Shown here in pieces: positions 49,186 to 58,202 of a stretch of DNA of 64,000 nucleotides (positions within the stretch are counted from its first letter, which is position 1; each line of letters begins with the position of its first letter). The stretch comes from an uncultured Candidatus Binatia bacterium (GTDB lineage: Bacteria; Desulfobacterota; Binatia; Bin18), in NCBI GenBank assembly GCA_965214605.1, contig OZ243961.1, positions 2,112,001-2,176,000 on the forward strand, in the 5' to 3' direction. The translations under genes were made by a program, and so were the position numbers. Under the pieces are notes generated by a model. That model searched no databases. It was not told where the DNA came from and worked only from the letters and a program-made list of their open reading frames with translations.

Positions 49186-49728
49186 GTGGCAGACGACCAT
49201 CCTCATGGCCACCATCACGGTCCAGGTTTCCGTTTCTGTCCCAGATGCGGGGGGCGGCTGGAACGCAAAAAAGTCAAGGCCAATGAGCCCGAGCGGCGCG
49301 TGTGTGGTCGCTGTGCGTTTATCTCCTACGAAGATCCCAAAATCGCGGCCTGCACCATCCCGGTCATCGACAATAAGATCGTTCTGCTCAAACGCGGTAT
49401 CGAGCCCAGCCATGGCAAGTGGGTCTTTCCTGGCGGATTTATGGATCGGGGCGAACGGGTGGAGGACGCGGCCATTCGGGAAACCTGGGAAGAGGTCAAT
49501 CTCAAAGTCGAAATCGACCGGCTGCTCAACATCTACTCGTATACCGGTTACCCGGTCGTTATCGTGGTCTATCTGGTCAATGTCGTGGGCGGAGAGCTCA
49601 AAGCCATGGACGAAACCCTCGAGACGATGATCGTTGCTCCAGACGAGATCCCGTGGGATGAGCTGGCCTTTGACAGTACCCGGGACGCGCTGCGGGAGTA
49701 TGTGGCCTTAGTGACCACTTCGTCCTAG
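49186..49728 (+). CDS. NUDIX hydrolase with N-terminal zinc ribbon
   Basis: FCPRCG...CGRC, YEDPK, Nudix box PGGFMDRGERVEDAAIRETWEE, IPWDELAF; His-rich N-terminus. Confidence 0.92.
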   Translation: MADDHPHGHHHGPGFRFCPRCGGRLERKKVKANEPERRVCGRCAFISYEDPKIAACTIPVIDNKIVLLKRGIEPSHGKWVFPGGFMDRGERVEDAAIRETWEEVNLKVEIDRLLNIYSYTGYPVVIVVYLVNVVGGELKAMDETLETMIVAPDEIPWDELAFDSTRDALREYVALVTTSS

Positions 49729-49757
49729 GGACGATCGGCGAACCGTCCTCCACGCCT

Positions 49758-50573
49758 TTAGTCCAACCACTCGCGCTGACCCTTAATAAAGCCGGTCACA
49801 CTATCTACCGTTGTCTGCGGCCGCTCAATATTGAACAGATGGCTGGCGTTGGACAGGATGAGAAGCTCGGCATTTGGAATCCGGCGCGATAACACCACCG
49901 AGTTCTCAGGGGGGACTAAACCGTCCTGCTTGCCGGTAATGACCAAGCTGGGGACGTTGATCTGGGGCAGGCGCGCATAGGTATCGTGGCCCTGGATGGC
50001 TGCCATTTGGCTGACCATACCGTGCTTGGGTGTCGGATGGACTGCCGACAGCCGATTTAACTCAAGCAGAGAATCCATATGTTTCTGCATGAACCACGGC
50101 GTCACCGCCACCTTGGTCATAGCTAGGGCAGCTTCTTCGACGCTCACCGATTCAATATGCTCCAACATATGTAGCACCTCAGGGTCGTTGGAGAGCATCG
50201 TGTGCTCACCCCCGCAGTTTGTACAGCCAAGGGTCAGGCTTTTCACCCGCTCGGGATGGCGTAGAGCGAGTTCCTGGGCAATCATCCCGCCCATCGAAAT
50301 GCCGAAAATATGGGCGCTGTCGATGTCTAAGCCGTCCAGAAGCCCCGCCGTGTCGTCTGCGAACATCGGCATTGAGTACGGTTCATCCGGCTTATCACTC
50401 TGGCCCACGCCCCGGTTATCGAACGCAATCGTCCGAAAAGATTGGGCAAAGAGCGGGATATTCCAGCGCCAGCCGATAGAGCTGACGGTAAAGCCCATGA
50501 TCAGAATCAACGGCTCGCCACTGCCGTGTTCTTCATAGTATAGCGAAATTCCGTTGGATTGGAGATGCGGCAT
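49758..50573 (-). CDS. Alpha/beta-fold hydrolase
   Basis: DNRGVGQS, GISMGG, GKQD, ASH. Confidence 0.92.
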   Translation of the reverse strand: MPHLQSNGISLYYEEHGSGEPLILIMGFTVSSIGWRWNIPLFAQSFRTIAFDNRGVGQSDKPDEPYSMPMFADDTAGLLDGLDIDSAHIFGISMGGMIAQELALRHPERVKSLTLGCTNCGGEHTMLSNDPEVLHMLEHIESVSVEEAALAMTKVAVTPWFMQKHMDSLLELNRLSAVHPTPKHGMVSQMAAIQGHDTYARLPQINVPSLVITGKQDGLVPPENSVVLSRRIPNAELLILSNASHLFNIERPQTTVDSVTGFIKGQREWLD

Positions 50574-50588
50574 AGCTTAACCCCTCCT

Positions 50589-50858
50589 TTACAGATAGGG
50601 AATAAAATTCTTCATCGCCGACAGCAGAGCTTCGAGGTCGGCGTAGCCTTCCAACTCGTCGTATAGGAAATAATACTGGCTGCGGACCTCGTTCTCGTCT
50701 TGTTCGTTCTCGTCCACCGATACCGCGGCCTCAAATTCTTTGAGCATGGCTTGAGTCTGGAGTTTTGTCTCAACTGGAATCGTATCGTCGGTCGCAATCA
50801 CCAGACGCGTCTGATGGATCAGGCGGCCAACGATATAGGCATTACTGTGTTCGGTCAT
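50589..50858 (-). CDS. Small acidic hypothetical protein (gene A)
   Basis: 89-aa ORF with GAGGTG RBS before ATG at 50858; apparently operonic with the TPR and hydrolase genes. Confidence 0.75.
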   Translation of the reverse strand: MTEHSNAYIVGRLIHQTRLVIATDDTIPVETKLQTQAMLKEFEAAVSVDENEQDENEVRSQYYFLYDELEGYADLEALLSAMKNFIPYL

Positions 50859-50877
50859 ATACACCTCGGTCAGACGT

Positions 50878-53088
50878 TTACGAGCTCTCACCCAGCTTTT
50901 TCTCTTTCAACTCCCGCTTCCAGCTGTCCTTGCCGTCCTCCGGCGTGGGCTCTGGTGGCGACAGGGCGTCGAGATTGAAACTTGCCTCCCATGACTTGTC
51001 CTCGCCGGGAGTGAACCCGCCGGTCAACTGACCGGTGGTGATACTGGCGATCTCGTAATCGGGCAGATCGACGGTCACCATGCACGCGCCGCGGAACGCG
51101 AGGCCGGACTCCTCGTAGAAGTCGAAGGTACGGGACTCGAACCCGTGGGCCGCGCGATCTTCGGCAAGGGCATCCGGATCGACGGGCGTGATGTTCAGGA
51201 AGAACGCCCCCCTTCTGTCCTTCGCGCGACACGGTTCCTTGACGTAGGCCAAGGTGCTGGCGCCGGTGCCATCGGACTGGAGATACACGTCGAAGTGCGA
51301 GCGACTCACGGGCTCGTCGGACCGGACCGACTGGTACGCTGACCAGGACGCCTCGATCAGGCTGGCCGAGTCGTACAGAAACATCACCCGGTTGTCCGGG
51401 GTGAGCGTGGGGCCTCCCGCGGCGTAGTCGCGTGTGAGCAGGAAGTCGGCGCGATCGAGATTGCCATTGTATACAATGAGGCTTCCGGACAGATAGTAGT
51501 GCAGCGCGTGGCGCGCGCCGGCGAACCGGACGACCACCCCGGAGTCGTATTGCGTCGCGACGACGACGCTCCTGCCCGCCACCGTTTCCCGGATGACTTC
51601 GAAGTCGGCAACGAGCGCCTTCTGGAAATCCGCCGTCCCCCCGCCGTGATTGATCTGGACTATCTCGTAGGCGGAAAAAACGAAAACCAGTAGCGCGGCG
51701 CCGGCCAGGCCGATGAGCGCGGCGCCGCCGGCCAAGCGGCGCACGCCCAGTAGAACGAGCGAGAACAGGACCAGCGGAATACCGAGATAGAACAGACCCT
51801 CATAGGCGTGGAAGGCAGTGTTGTAGCGTAGGGGCAGCGACCAGCAGAAGCCGGATAGCACCAGGGCCGCCGGCGGAAGCCGCTGGCGGAGCCGGCGGAC
51901 AAGCATCAGGCCGATCAGGGACGCTCCGAACATGACGTAGCCACCGGTGGCGCTCTGCGGTCCCCACGGCGTGGTCGAGTATATCGCCGCGGCATCATTG
52001 ACACGCCGCGCCATGGAGACGGGAAGCGAGCTACCGCCGCCGATGCGCGAGAACTGCTCCTCCAGGAATGACGGCCAGTCCAAGCCACCGTAGGCGTGGT
52101 AGGCCGTATCCACTCCGACGCGCTTCAGCATCGACTGGAAGGACGGCAATTCCGTCAGTGTGTGCTGACTCAGTGCGCGCCATTCATTGGCAAAATTGAA
52201 GGTCAGGAGCGACACGCCGATAAGCAACGCCACCGCGCCGAGCGTCAGGTAGCGACCGAGAAGTGGCGCGGCGGTCGAAGCCGTCAAGTGCTTCCGGTTG
52301 CCGTGAGCGGGACCCGCCGAACGCACACGGACAAGTTCGCTAACCACGCCGAGCGCAATGAATGCCGCCAGCAGCCCGAAGACGTGCCAGCCCAGCAGCA
52401 GCGACACCAGAGTCTTGACCAGCAACTGCCGGAAGCGGCCCTCTTGGACGAAGACGACCAGGCCGTGAAAGGTCAACATGATGCCGAACAGATCCATGCT
52501 CGTCTTGGGGTGGATCATGTCGTTGTAATACAGGCAATAGGGCGAGGAGAACGCCAGGAGCGTGGCCGTCAGGGCGATCCACCGGTTGGATGGGGAATCA
52601 ATGAGCCTGAGGACCGCAAGGTACGCCAGAACCGCAGCGGCGGCGAAAAACAACAGCATCACCATCCTGGCGGCGTAGATCGTCGCCGACAGACCGCCGC
52701 CGAAGGGCAGGGTGGCCAGCTTCAAGAGCGCGTAACCACCCATCGGAAAGCGGTTGTACGGGGCATAGCCGACAGGGAACCCCGGATTTGGAAACTGTCG
52801 CTGGAACATCAGAAGACCGTGTTCGGGAGAGAGGTTCACGGCGACCGCAAGGTGCTCCGACGACACCCAGTTGTGGTCGCCGGGCCGGTAGAAATACCCC
52901 CGGTCGCCGCCGAAGACGAAGACGGTCGACAGCGCCAGCAACAGCAGACCCAAAGGAAGGAACGACCGGCTGGTCGGATCCCTTAGGAAATAATACTGGC
53001 TGCGGACCTCGTTCTCGTCTTGTTCGTTCTCGTCCACCGATACCGCGGCCTCAAATTCTTTGAGCATGGCTTGAGTCTGGATAGGCAT
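50878..53088 (-). CDS. GT-C-like multi-TM membrane protein, chimeric copy (N-terminus from gene A, C-terminal tail from the TPR gene)
   Basis: Begins with QTQAML..YYFL of gene A, body nearly identical to 53594-55675, ends WKRELKEKKLGESS of the TPR protein; start and RBS uncertain. Confidence 0.7.
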   Translation of the reverse strand: MPIQTQAMLKEFEAAVSVDENEQDENEVRSQYYFLRDPTSRSFLPLGLLLLALSTVFVFGGDRGYFYRPGDHNWVSSEHLAVAVNLSPEHGLLMFQRQFPNPGFPVGYAPYNRFPMGGYALLKLATLPFGGGLSATIYAARMVMLLFFAAAAVLAYLAVLRLIDSPSNRWIALTATLLAFSSPYCLYYNDMIHPKTSMDLFGIMLTFHGLVVFVQEGRFRQLLVKTLVSLLLGWHVFGLLAAFIALGVVSELVRVRSAGPAHGNRKHLTASTAAPLLGRYLTLGAVALLIGVSLLTFNFANEWRALSQHTLTELPSFQSMLKRVGVDTAYHAYGGLDWPSFLEEQFSRIGGGSSLPVSMARRVNDAAAIYSTTPWGPQSATGGYVMFGASLIGLMLVRRLRQRLPPAALVLSGFCWSLPLRYNTAFHAYEGLFYLGIPLVLFSLVLLGVRRLAGGAALIGLAGAALLVFVFSAYEIVQINHGGGTADFQKALVADFEVIRETVAGRSVVVATQYDSGVVVRFAGARHALHYYLSGSLIVYNGNLDRADFLLTRDYAAGGPTLTPDNRVMFLYDSASLIEASWSAYQSVRSDEPVSRSHFDVYLQSDGTGASTLAYVKEPCRAKDRRGAFFLNITPVDPDALAEDRAAHGFESRTFDFYEESGLAFRGACMVTVDLPDYEIASITTGQLTGGFTPGEDKSWEASFNLDALSPPEPTPEDGKDSWKRELKEKKLGESS

Positions 53089-53123
53089 TACTGTGTTCGG
53101 CCATATCCACCTCGGTCAGACGC

Positions 53124-53474
53124 TTACGAGCTCTCACCCAGCTTTTTCTCTTTCAACTCCCGCTTCCAGTCGAGCACGCGGGCCTTGGCCGCCTCAGCCT
53201 CAGCCTCAGAAATCATACCCTTCTGCTGATAGAAGCGAGACAAGATGGTAAACCCCATGGCATCATCCGGGGTCAGGGCGATTAGCCGTTTGGCCGTCTC
53301 AATCGCTTCATCGAGCATGTCCTTATCGGCATACGCGTGGGCTAGATCGTGCACGGCATCGACGTAGGTGGGATCGATGTCGAGAATTGCTGTGTAGGTC
53401 TCAATCGCCCTGTCGGCTTCCCCGTCACACAGCAGATCGTAGGCTCGATCGTACAGTTCTTCGATAGACAGCAT
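53124..53474 (-). CDS. Tetratricopeptide repeat protein
   Basis: AIETY..ILDIDPTYVDA..LAHAY....LDEAIE......LTPDD......LSRFYQQKG. Confidence 0.9.
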   Translation of the reverse strand: MLSIEELYDRAYDLLCDGEADRAIETYTAILDIDPTYVDAVHDLAHAYADKDMLDEAIETAKRLIALTPDDAMGFTILSRFYQQKGMISEAEAEAAKARVLDWKRELKEKKLGESS

Positions 53475-53593
53475 GAATGACTCTCCTCAAATAAGAATCC
53501 TGCCGTGTTCTTGGCACGACTAGAGGTCCTCACCTCCTCCATGTGCGGTGAGAGGTGCTGGGGTGCATATTGCTCCCGGTGAACACTTGCCTC

Positions 53594-55675
53594 TCACGTT
53601 CTGTCCTTGCCGTCCTCCGGCGTGGGCTCTGGTGGCGACAGGGCGTCGAGATTGAAACTTGCCTCCCATGACTTGTCCTCGCCGGGAGTGAACCCGCCGG
53701 TCAACTGACCGGTGGTGATACTGGCGATCTCGTAATCGGGCAGATCGACGGTCACCATGCACGCGCCGCGGAACGCGAGGCCGGACTCCTCGTAGAAGTC
53801 GAAGGTACGGGACTCGAACCCGTGGGCCGCGCGATCTTCGGCAAGGGCATCCGGATCGACGGGCGTGATGTTCAGGAAGAACGCCCCCCTTCTGTCCTTC
53901 GCGCGACACGGTTCCTTGACGTAGGCCAAGGTGCTGGCGCCGGTGCCATCGGACTGGAGATACACGTCGAAGTGCGAGCGACTCACGGGCTCGTCGGACC
54001 GGACCGACTGGTACGCTGACCAGGACGCCTCGATCAGGCTGGCCGAGTCGTACAGAAACATCACCCGGTTGTCCGGGGTGAGCGTGGGGCCTCCCGCGGC
54101 GTAGTCGCGTGTGAGCAGGAAGTCGGCGCGATCGAGATTGCCATTGTATACAATGAGGCTTCCGGACAGATAGTAGTGCAGCGCGTGGCGCGCGCCGGCG
54201 AACCGGACGACCACCCCGGAGTCGTATTGCGTCGCGACGACGACGCTCCTGCCCGCCACCGTTTCCCGGATGACTTCGAAGTCGGCAACGAGCGCCTTCT
54301 GGAAATCCGCCGTCCCCCCGCCGTGATTGATCTGGACTATCTCGTAGGCGGAAAAAACGAAAACCAGTAGCGCGGCGCCGGCCAGGCCGATGAGCGCGGC
54401 GCCGCCGGCCAAGCGGCGCACGCCCAGTAGAACGAGCGAGAACAGGACCAGCGGAATACCGAGATAGAACAGACCCTCATAGGCGTGGAAGGCAGTGTTG
54501 TAGCGTAGGGGCAGCGACCAGCAGAAGCCGGATAGCACCAGGGCCGCCGGCGGAAGCCGCTGGCGGAGCCGGCGGACAAGCATCAGGCCGATCAGGGACG
54601 CTCCGAACATGACGTAGCCACCGGTGGCGCTCTGCGGTCCCCACGGCGTGGTCGAGTATATCGCCGCGGCATCATTGACACGCCGCGCCATGGAGACGGG
54701 AAGCGAGCTACCGCCGCCGATGCGCGAGAACTGCTCCTCCAGGAATGACGGCCAGTCCAAGCCACCGTAGGCGTGGTAGGCCGTATCCACTCCGACGCGC
54801 TTCAGCATCGACTGGAAGGACGGCAATTCCGTCAGTGTGTGCTGACTCAGTGCGCGCCATTCATTGGCAAAATTGAAGGTCAGGAGCGACACGCCGATAA
54901 GCAACGCCACCGCGCCGAGCGTCAGGTAGCGACCGAGAAGTGGCGCGGCGGTCGAAGCCGTCAAGTGCTTCCGGTTGCCGTGAGCGGGACCCGCCGAACG
55001 CACACGGACAAGTTCGCTAACCACGCCGAGCGCAATGAATGCCGCCAGCAGCCCGAAGACGTGCCAGCCCAGCAGCAGCGACACCAGAGTCTTGACCAGC
55101 AACTGCCGGAAGCGGCCCTCTTGGACGAAGACGACCAGGCCGTGAAAGGTCAACATGATGCCGAACAGATCCATGCTCGTCTTGGGGTGGATCATGTCGT
55201 TGTAATACAGGCAATAGGGCGAGGAGAACGCCAGGAGCGTGGCCGTCAGGGCGATCCACCGGTTGGATGGGGAATCAATGAGCCTGAGGACCGCAAGGTA
55301 CGCCAGAACCGCAGCGGCGGCGAAAAACAACAGCATCACCATCCTGGCGGCGTAGATCGTCGCCGACAGACCGCCGCCGAAGGGCAGGGTGGCCAGCTTC
55401 AAGAGCGCGTAACCACCCATCGGAAAGCGGTTGTACGGGTCGTAGCCGACAATGCCCCCCGGATTCGGAAACTGTCGCTGGAACATCAAAAGACCGTGTT
55501 CGGGAGAGAGGTTCACGGCGATCGCAAGCTGCTCCGACGACATCCAGTTGTGGTCACCGGGCCGGTAGAAATACCCCCGGTCGCCGCCGAAGACGAAGAC
55601 GGTCGACAGCGCCAGCAACAGCAGGCCCAAGGGGAGGAACGACCGGCTGATCGGATCCCTCTGGTGCTTGTCCAT
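53594..55675 (-). CDS. Uncharacterised GT-C-like membrane protein with extracytoplasmic two-Cys C-terminal domain (intact copy)
   Basis: About 11-13 hydrophobic segments, first loop HNW.SS...YNRFP.GGY, FSSPY..YYNDM, LGWHVF; soluble C-terminus; ATG at 55675. Confidence 0.8.
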   Translation of the reverse strand: MDKHQRDPISRSFLPLGLLLLALSTVFVFGGDRGYFYRPGDHNWMSSEQLAIAVNLSPEHGLLMFQRQFPNPGGIVGYDPYNRFPMGGYALLKLATLPFGGGLSATIYAARMVMLLFFAAAAVLAYLAVLRLIDSPSNRWIALTATLLAFSSPYCLYYNDMIHPKTSMDLFGIMLTFHGLVVFVQEGRFRQLLVKTLVSLLLGWHVFGLLAAFIALGVVSELVRVRSAGPAHGNRKHLTASTAAPLLGRYLTLGAVALLIGVSLLTFNFANEWRALSQHTLTELPSFQSMLKRVGVDTAYHAYGGLDWPSFLEEQFSRIGGGSSLPVSMARRVNDAAAIYSTTPWGPQSATGGYVMFGASLIGLMLVRRLRQRLPPAALVLSGFCWSLPLRYNTAFHAYEGLFYLGIPLVLFSLVLLGVRRLAGGAALIGLAGAALLVFVFSAYEIVQINHGGGTADFQKALVADFEVIRETVAGRSVVVATQYDSGVVVRFAGARHALHYYLSGSLIVYNGNLDRADFLLTRDYAAGGPTLTPDNRVMFLYDSASLIEASWSAYQSVRSDEPVSRSHFDVYLQSDGTGASTLAYVKEPCRAKDRRGAFFLNITPVDPDALAEDRAAHGFESRTFDFYEESGLAFRGACMVTVDLPDYEIASITTGQLTGGFTPGEDKSWEASFNLDALSPPEPTPEDGKDRT

Positions 55676-56108
55676 CCCTTCACTACCTGACCTGGTTACC
55701 TTGATATCCAAGTAGCGCTTATGACCGCATTGTGTCGTCGTGTAATTCTCTGATAGAAAAGGATATTTTCCATGTCATACAACCCTATGCAGGGGGCTGG
55801 TCATCCTGCTTTACAAATTGCCGAGAACGTCCTGCTTTTAGTATCTTTGCTTTCATCCAACAGCCTCACTCAGATTTGACTCTGAAATCCTCCAGAAAAT
55901 ATTCCAGCTTTACCCCTGCCACCCTAGCAAACTTGGAGGCGTCCAACATCCCCCTCTGGTCAACCCGGAATGCCTCTCCTCACGGCGCTGATGTGTGGAC
56001 CACAAATAAGAATCCTGCCGTGTTCTTGGCACGACTAGAGGTCCTCACCTCCTCCATGTGCGGTGAGAGGTGCTGGGGTGCATATTGCTCCCGGTGAACA
56101 CTTGCCTC

Positions 56109-57822
56109 TCACGTTCTGTCCTTGCCGTCCTCCGGCGTGGGCTCTGGTGGCGACAGGGCGTCGAGATTGAAACTTGCCTCCCATGACTTGTCCTCGCCGG
56201 GAGTGAACCCGCCGGTCAACTGACCGGTGGTGATACTGGCGATCTCGTAATCGGGCAGATCGACGGTCACCATGCACGCGCCGCGGAACGCGAGGCCGGA
56301 CTCCTCGTAGAAGTCGAAGGTACGGGACTCGAACCCGTGGGCCGCGCGATCTTCGGCAAGGGCATCCGGATCGACGGGCGTGATGTTCAGGAAGAACGCC
56401 CCCCTTCTGTCCTTCGCGCGACACGGTTCCTTGACGTAGGCCAAGGTGCTGGCGCCGGTGCCATCGGACTGGAGATACACGTCGAAGTGCGAGCGACTCA
56501 CGGGCTCGTCGGACCGGACCGACTGGTACGCTGACCAGGACGCCTCGATCAGGCTGGCCGAGTCGTACAGAAACATCACCCGGTTGTCCGGGGTGAGCGT
56601 GGGGCCTCCCGCGGCGTAGTCGCGTGTGAGCAGGAAGTCGGCGCGATCGAGATTGCCATTGTATACAATGAGGCTTCCGGACAGATAGTAGTGCAGCGCG
56701 TGGCGCGCGCCGGCGAACCGGACGACCACCCCGGAGTCGTATTGCGTCGCGACGACGACGCTCCTGCCCGCCACCGTTTCCCGGATGACTTCGAAGTCGG
56801 CAACGAGCGCCTTCTGGAAATCCGCCGTCCCCCCGCCGTGATTGATCTGGACTATCTCGTAGGCGGAAAAAACGAAAACCAGTAGCGCGGCGCCGGCCAG
56901 GCCGATGAGCGCGGCGCCGCCGGCCAAGCGGCGCACGCCCAGTAGAACGAGCGAGAACAGGACCAGCGGAATACCGAGATAGAACAGACCCTCGTCGGTG
57001 TGCATGTGAGTGTTGTGGCGTAGGGGCAGCGACCAGCAGAAGCCGGATAGCACCAGGGCCGCCGGCGGAAGCCGCTGGCGGAGCCGGCGGACAAGCATCA
57101 GGCCGATCAGGGACGCTCCGGACATGACGTAGCCACCGGTGGCGCTCTGCGGTCCCCACGGCGTGGTCGAGTATATCGCCGCGGCATCATTGACACGCCG
57201 CGCCATGGAGACGGGAAGCGAGCTACCGCCGCCGATGCGCGAGAACTGCTCCTCCAGGAATGACGGCCAGTCCAAGCCACCGTAGGCGTGGTAGGCCGTA
57301 CTCACTCCGATGCGCTTCAGCATCGACTGGAAGGACGGCAATTCCGTCAGTGTGTGCTGACGGATACGGTTCAGGGCGCGCCATTCATTGGCAAAATTGA
57401 AGGTCAGGAGCGACACGCCGATAAGCAACGCCACCGCGCCGAGCGTCAGGTAGCGACCGAGAAGTGGCGCGGCGGTCGAAGCCGTCAAGTGCTTCCGGTT
57501 GCCATGATCGGGACCCGCCGAACGCACACGGACAAGTTCGCTAACCACGCCGAGCGCAATGAATGCCGCCAGCAGCCCGAAGACGTGCCAGCCCAGCAGC
57601 AGCGACACCAGAGTCTTGACCAGCAACTGCCGGAAGCGGCCCTCTTGGACGAAGACGACCAGGCCGTGAAAGGTCAACATGATGCCGAACAGATCCATGC
57701 TCGTCTTGGGGTGGATCATGTCGTTGTAATACAGGCAATAGGGCGAGGAGAACGCCAGGAGCGTGGCCGTCAGGGCGATCCACCGGTTGGATGGGGAATC
57801 AATGAGCCTGAGGACCGCAAGG
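56109..57822 (-). pseudogene. 5'-truncated third copy of the GT-C-like membrane protein
   Basis: Homology begins abruptly at LAVLRLIDS and the first ~125 codons are missing; the frame stays open (TTG at 57848 in unrelated sequence). Confidence 0.75.
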
Positions 57823-58202
57823 GAATTTCCCACCTCTTCTCCCAACACATACTCCGGTTGAGAACAGCCCCACCTACGGAAAACGAGCGAGTTGATATGG
57901 ACAAAGCTTTCTCCCGTCTTTGGGCAACAGCTCCCTGTGGGGTCTGGAGTGTTGGTTCTCTTTCCTCCAATACCAACCTATGCTGGAGCTTTCTGATAGG
58001 GCATAACTTCTCCTCGTGTCTCGCCTTCCGACACTCCTTATAGGCGATTCTCCCAGATTCTTGCGTAGCGTGATCAGCATAACCGCCTCGCTCTTCAGCT
58101 TGCTGTCTAGAGGAATGTTCGCTGCGCTCATGGCCGCCTTTTCCCGGAGTGTTGCGATGAGCCTATTTACACCATACGACCAAGCCCGGTACAGTTTGCC
58201 GT

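Larger units (their letters stand above)
50664..55660. repeat. Tandem duplication: unit 1 at 50664-52983, unit 2 at 52984-55660, each with an internal deletion
   Basis: 50664-50923 matches 52984-53169 (minus a 74-nt deletion, 3 SNPs seen); 50924-52983 matches 53601-55660 at a constant offset of 2677. Confidence 0.92.
53489..57822. repeat. Direct repeat of about 1.8 kb: 53489-55298 versus 56004-57822
   Basis: Both copies begin AAATAAGAATCCTGCC; offset 2515 rising to 2524 after a 9-nt indel; homology ends at GACCGCAAGG. Confidence 0.92.

Noticed and set aside
50664-53169. Transposon insertion with target-site duplication
   Set aside because: The 260-nt flanking repeat is far too long for a TSD, there are no terminal inverted repeats or transposase, and tandem duplication plus deletions explains it more simply
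50664-57822. Diversity-generating retroelement explanation for the variable repeats
   Set aside because: No reverse transcriptase in the window; differences include an indel and changes at non-adenine bases; the repeats are gene-length rather than short TR/VR pairs
52096-58043. Long ORFs 52096-52986, 54773-55690, 57288-58043 (+) and 56035-57159 (-)
   Set aside because: Antisense or alternate-frame shadows of the GC-rich membrane gene, with Arg/Gln-rich, non-protein-like composition
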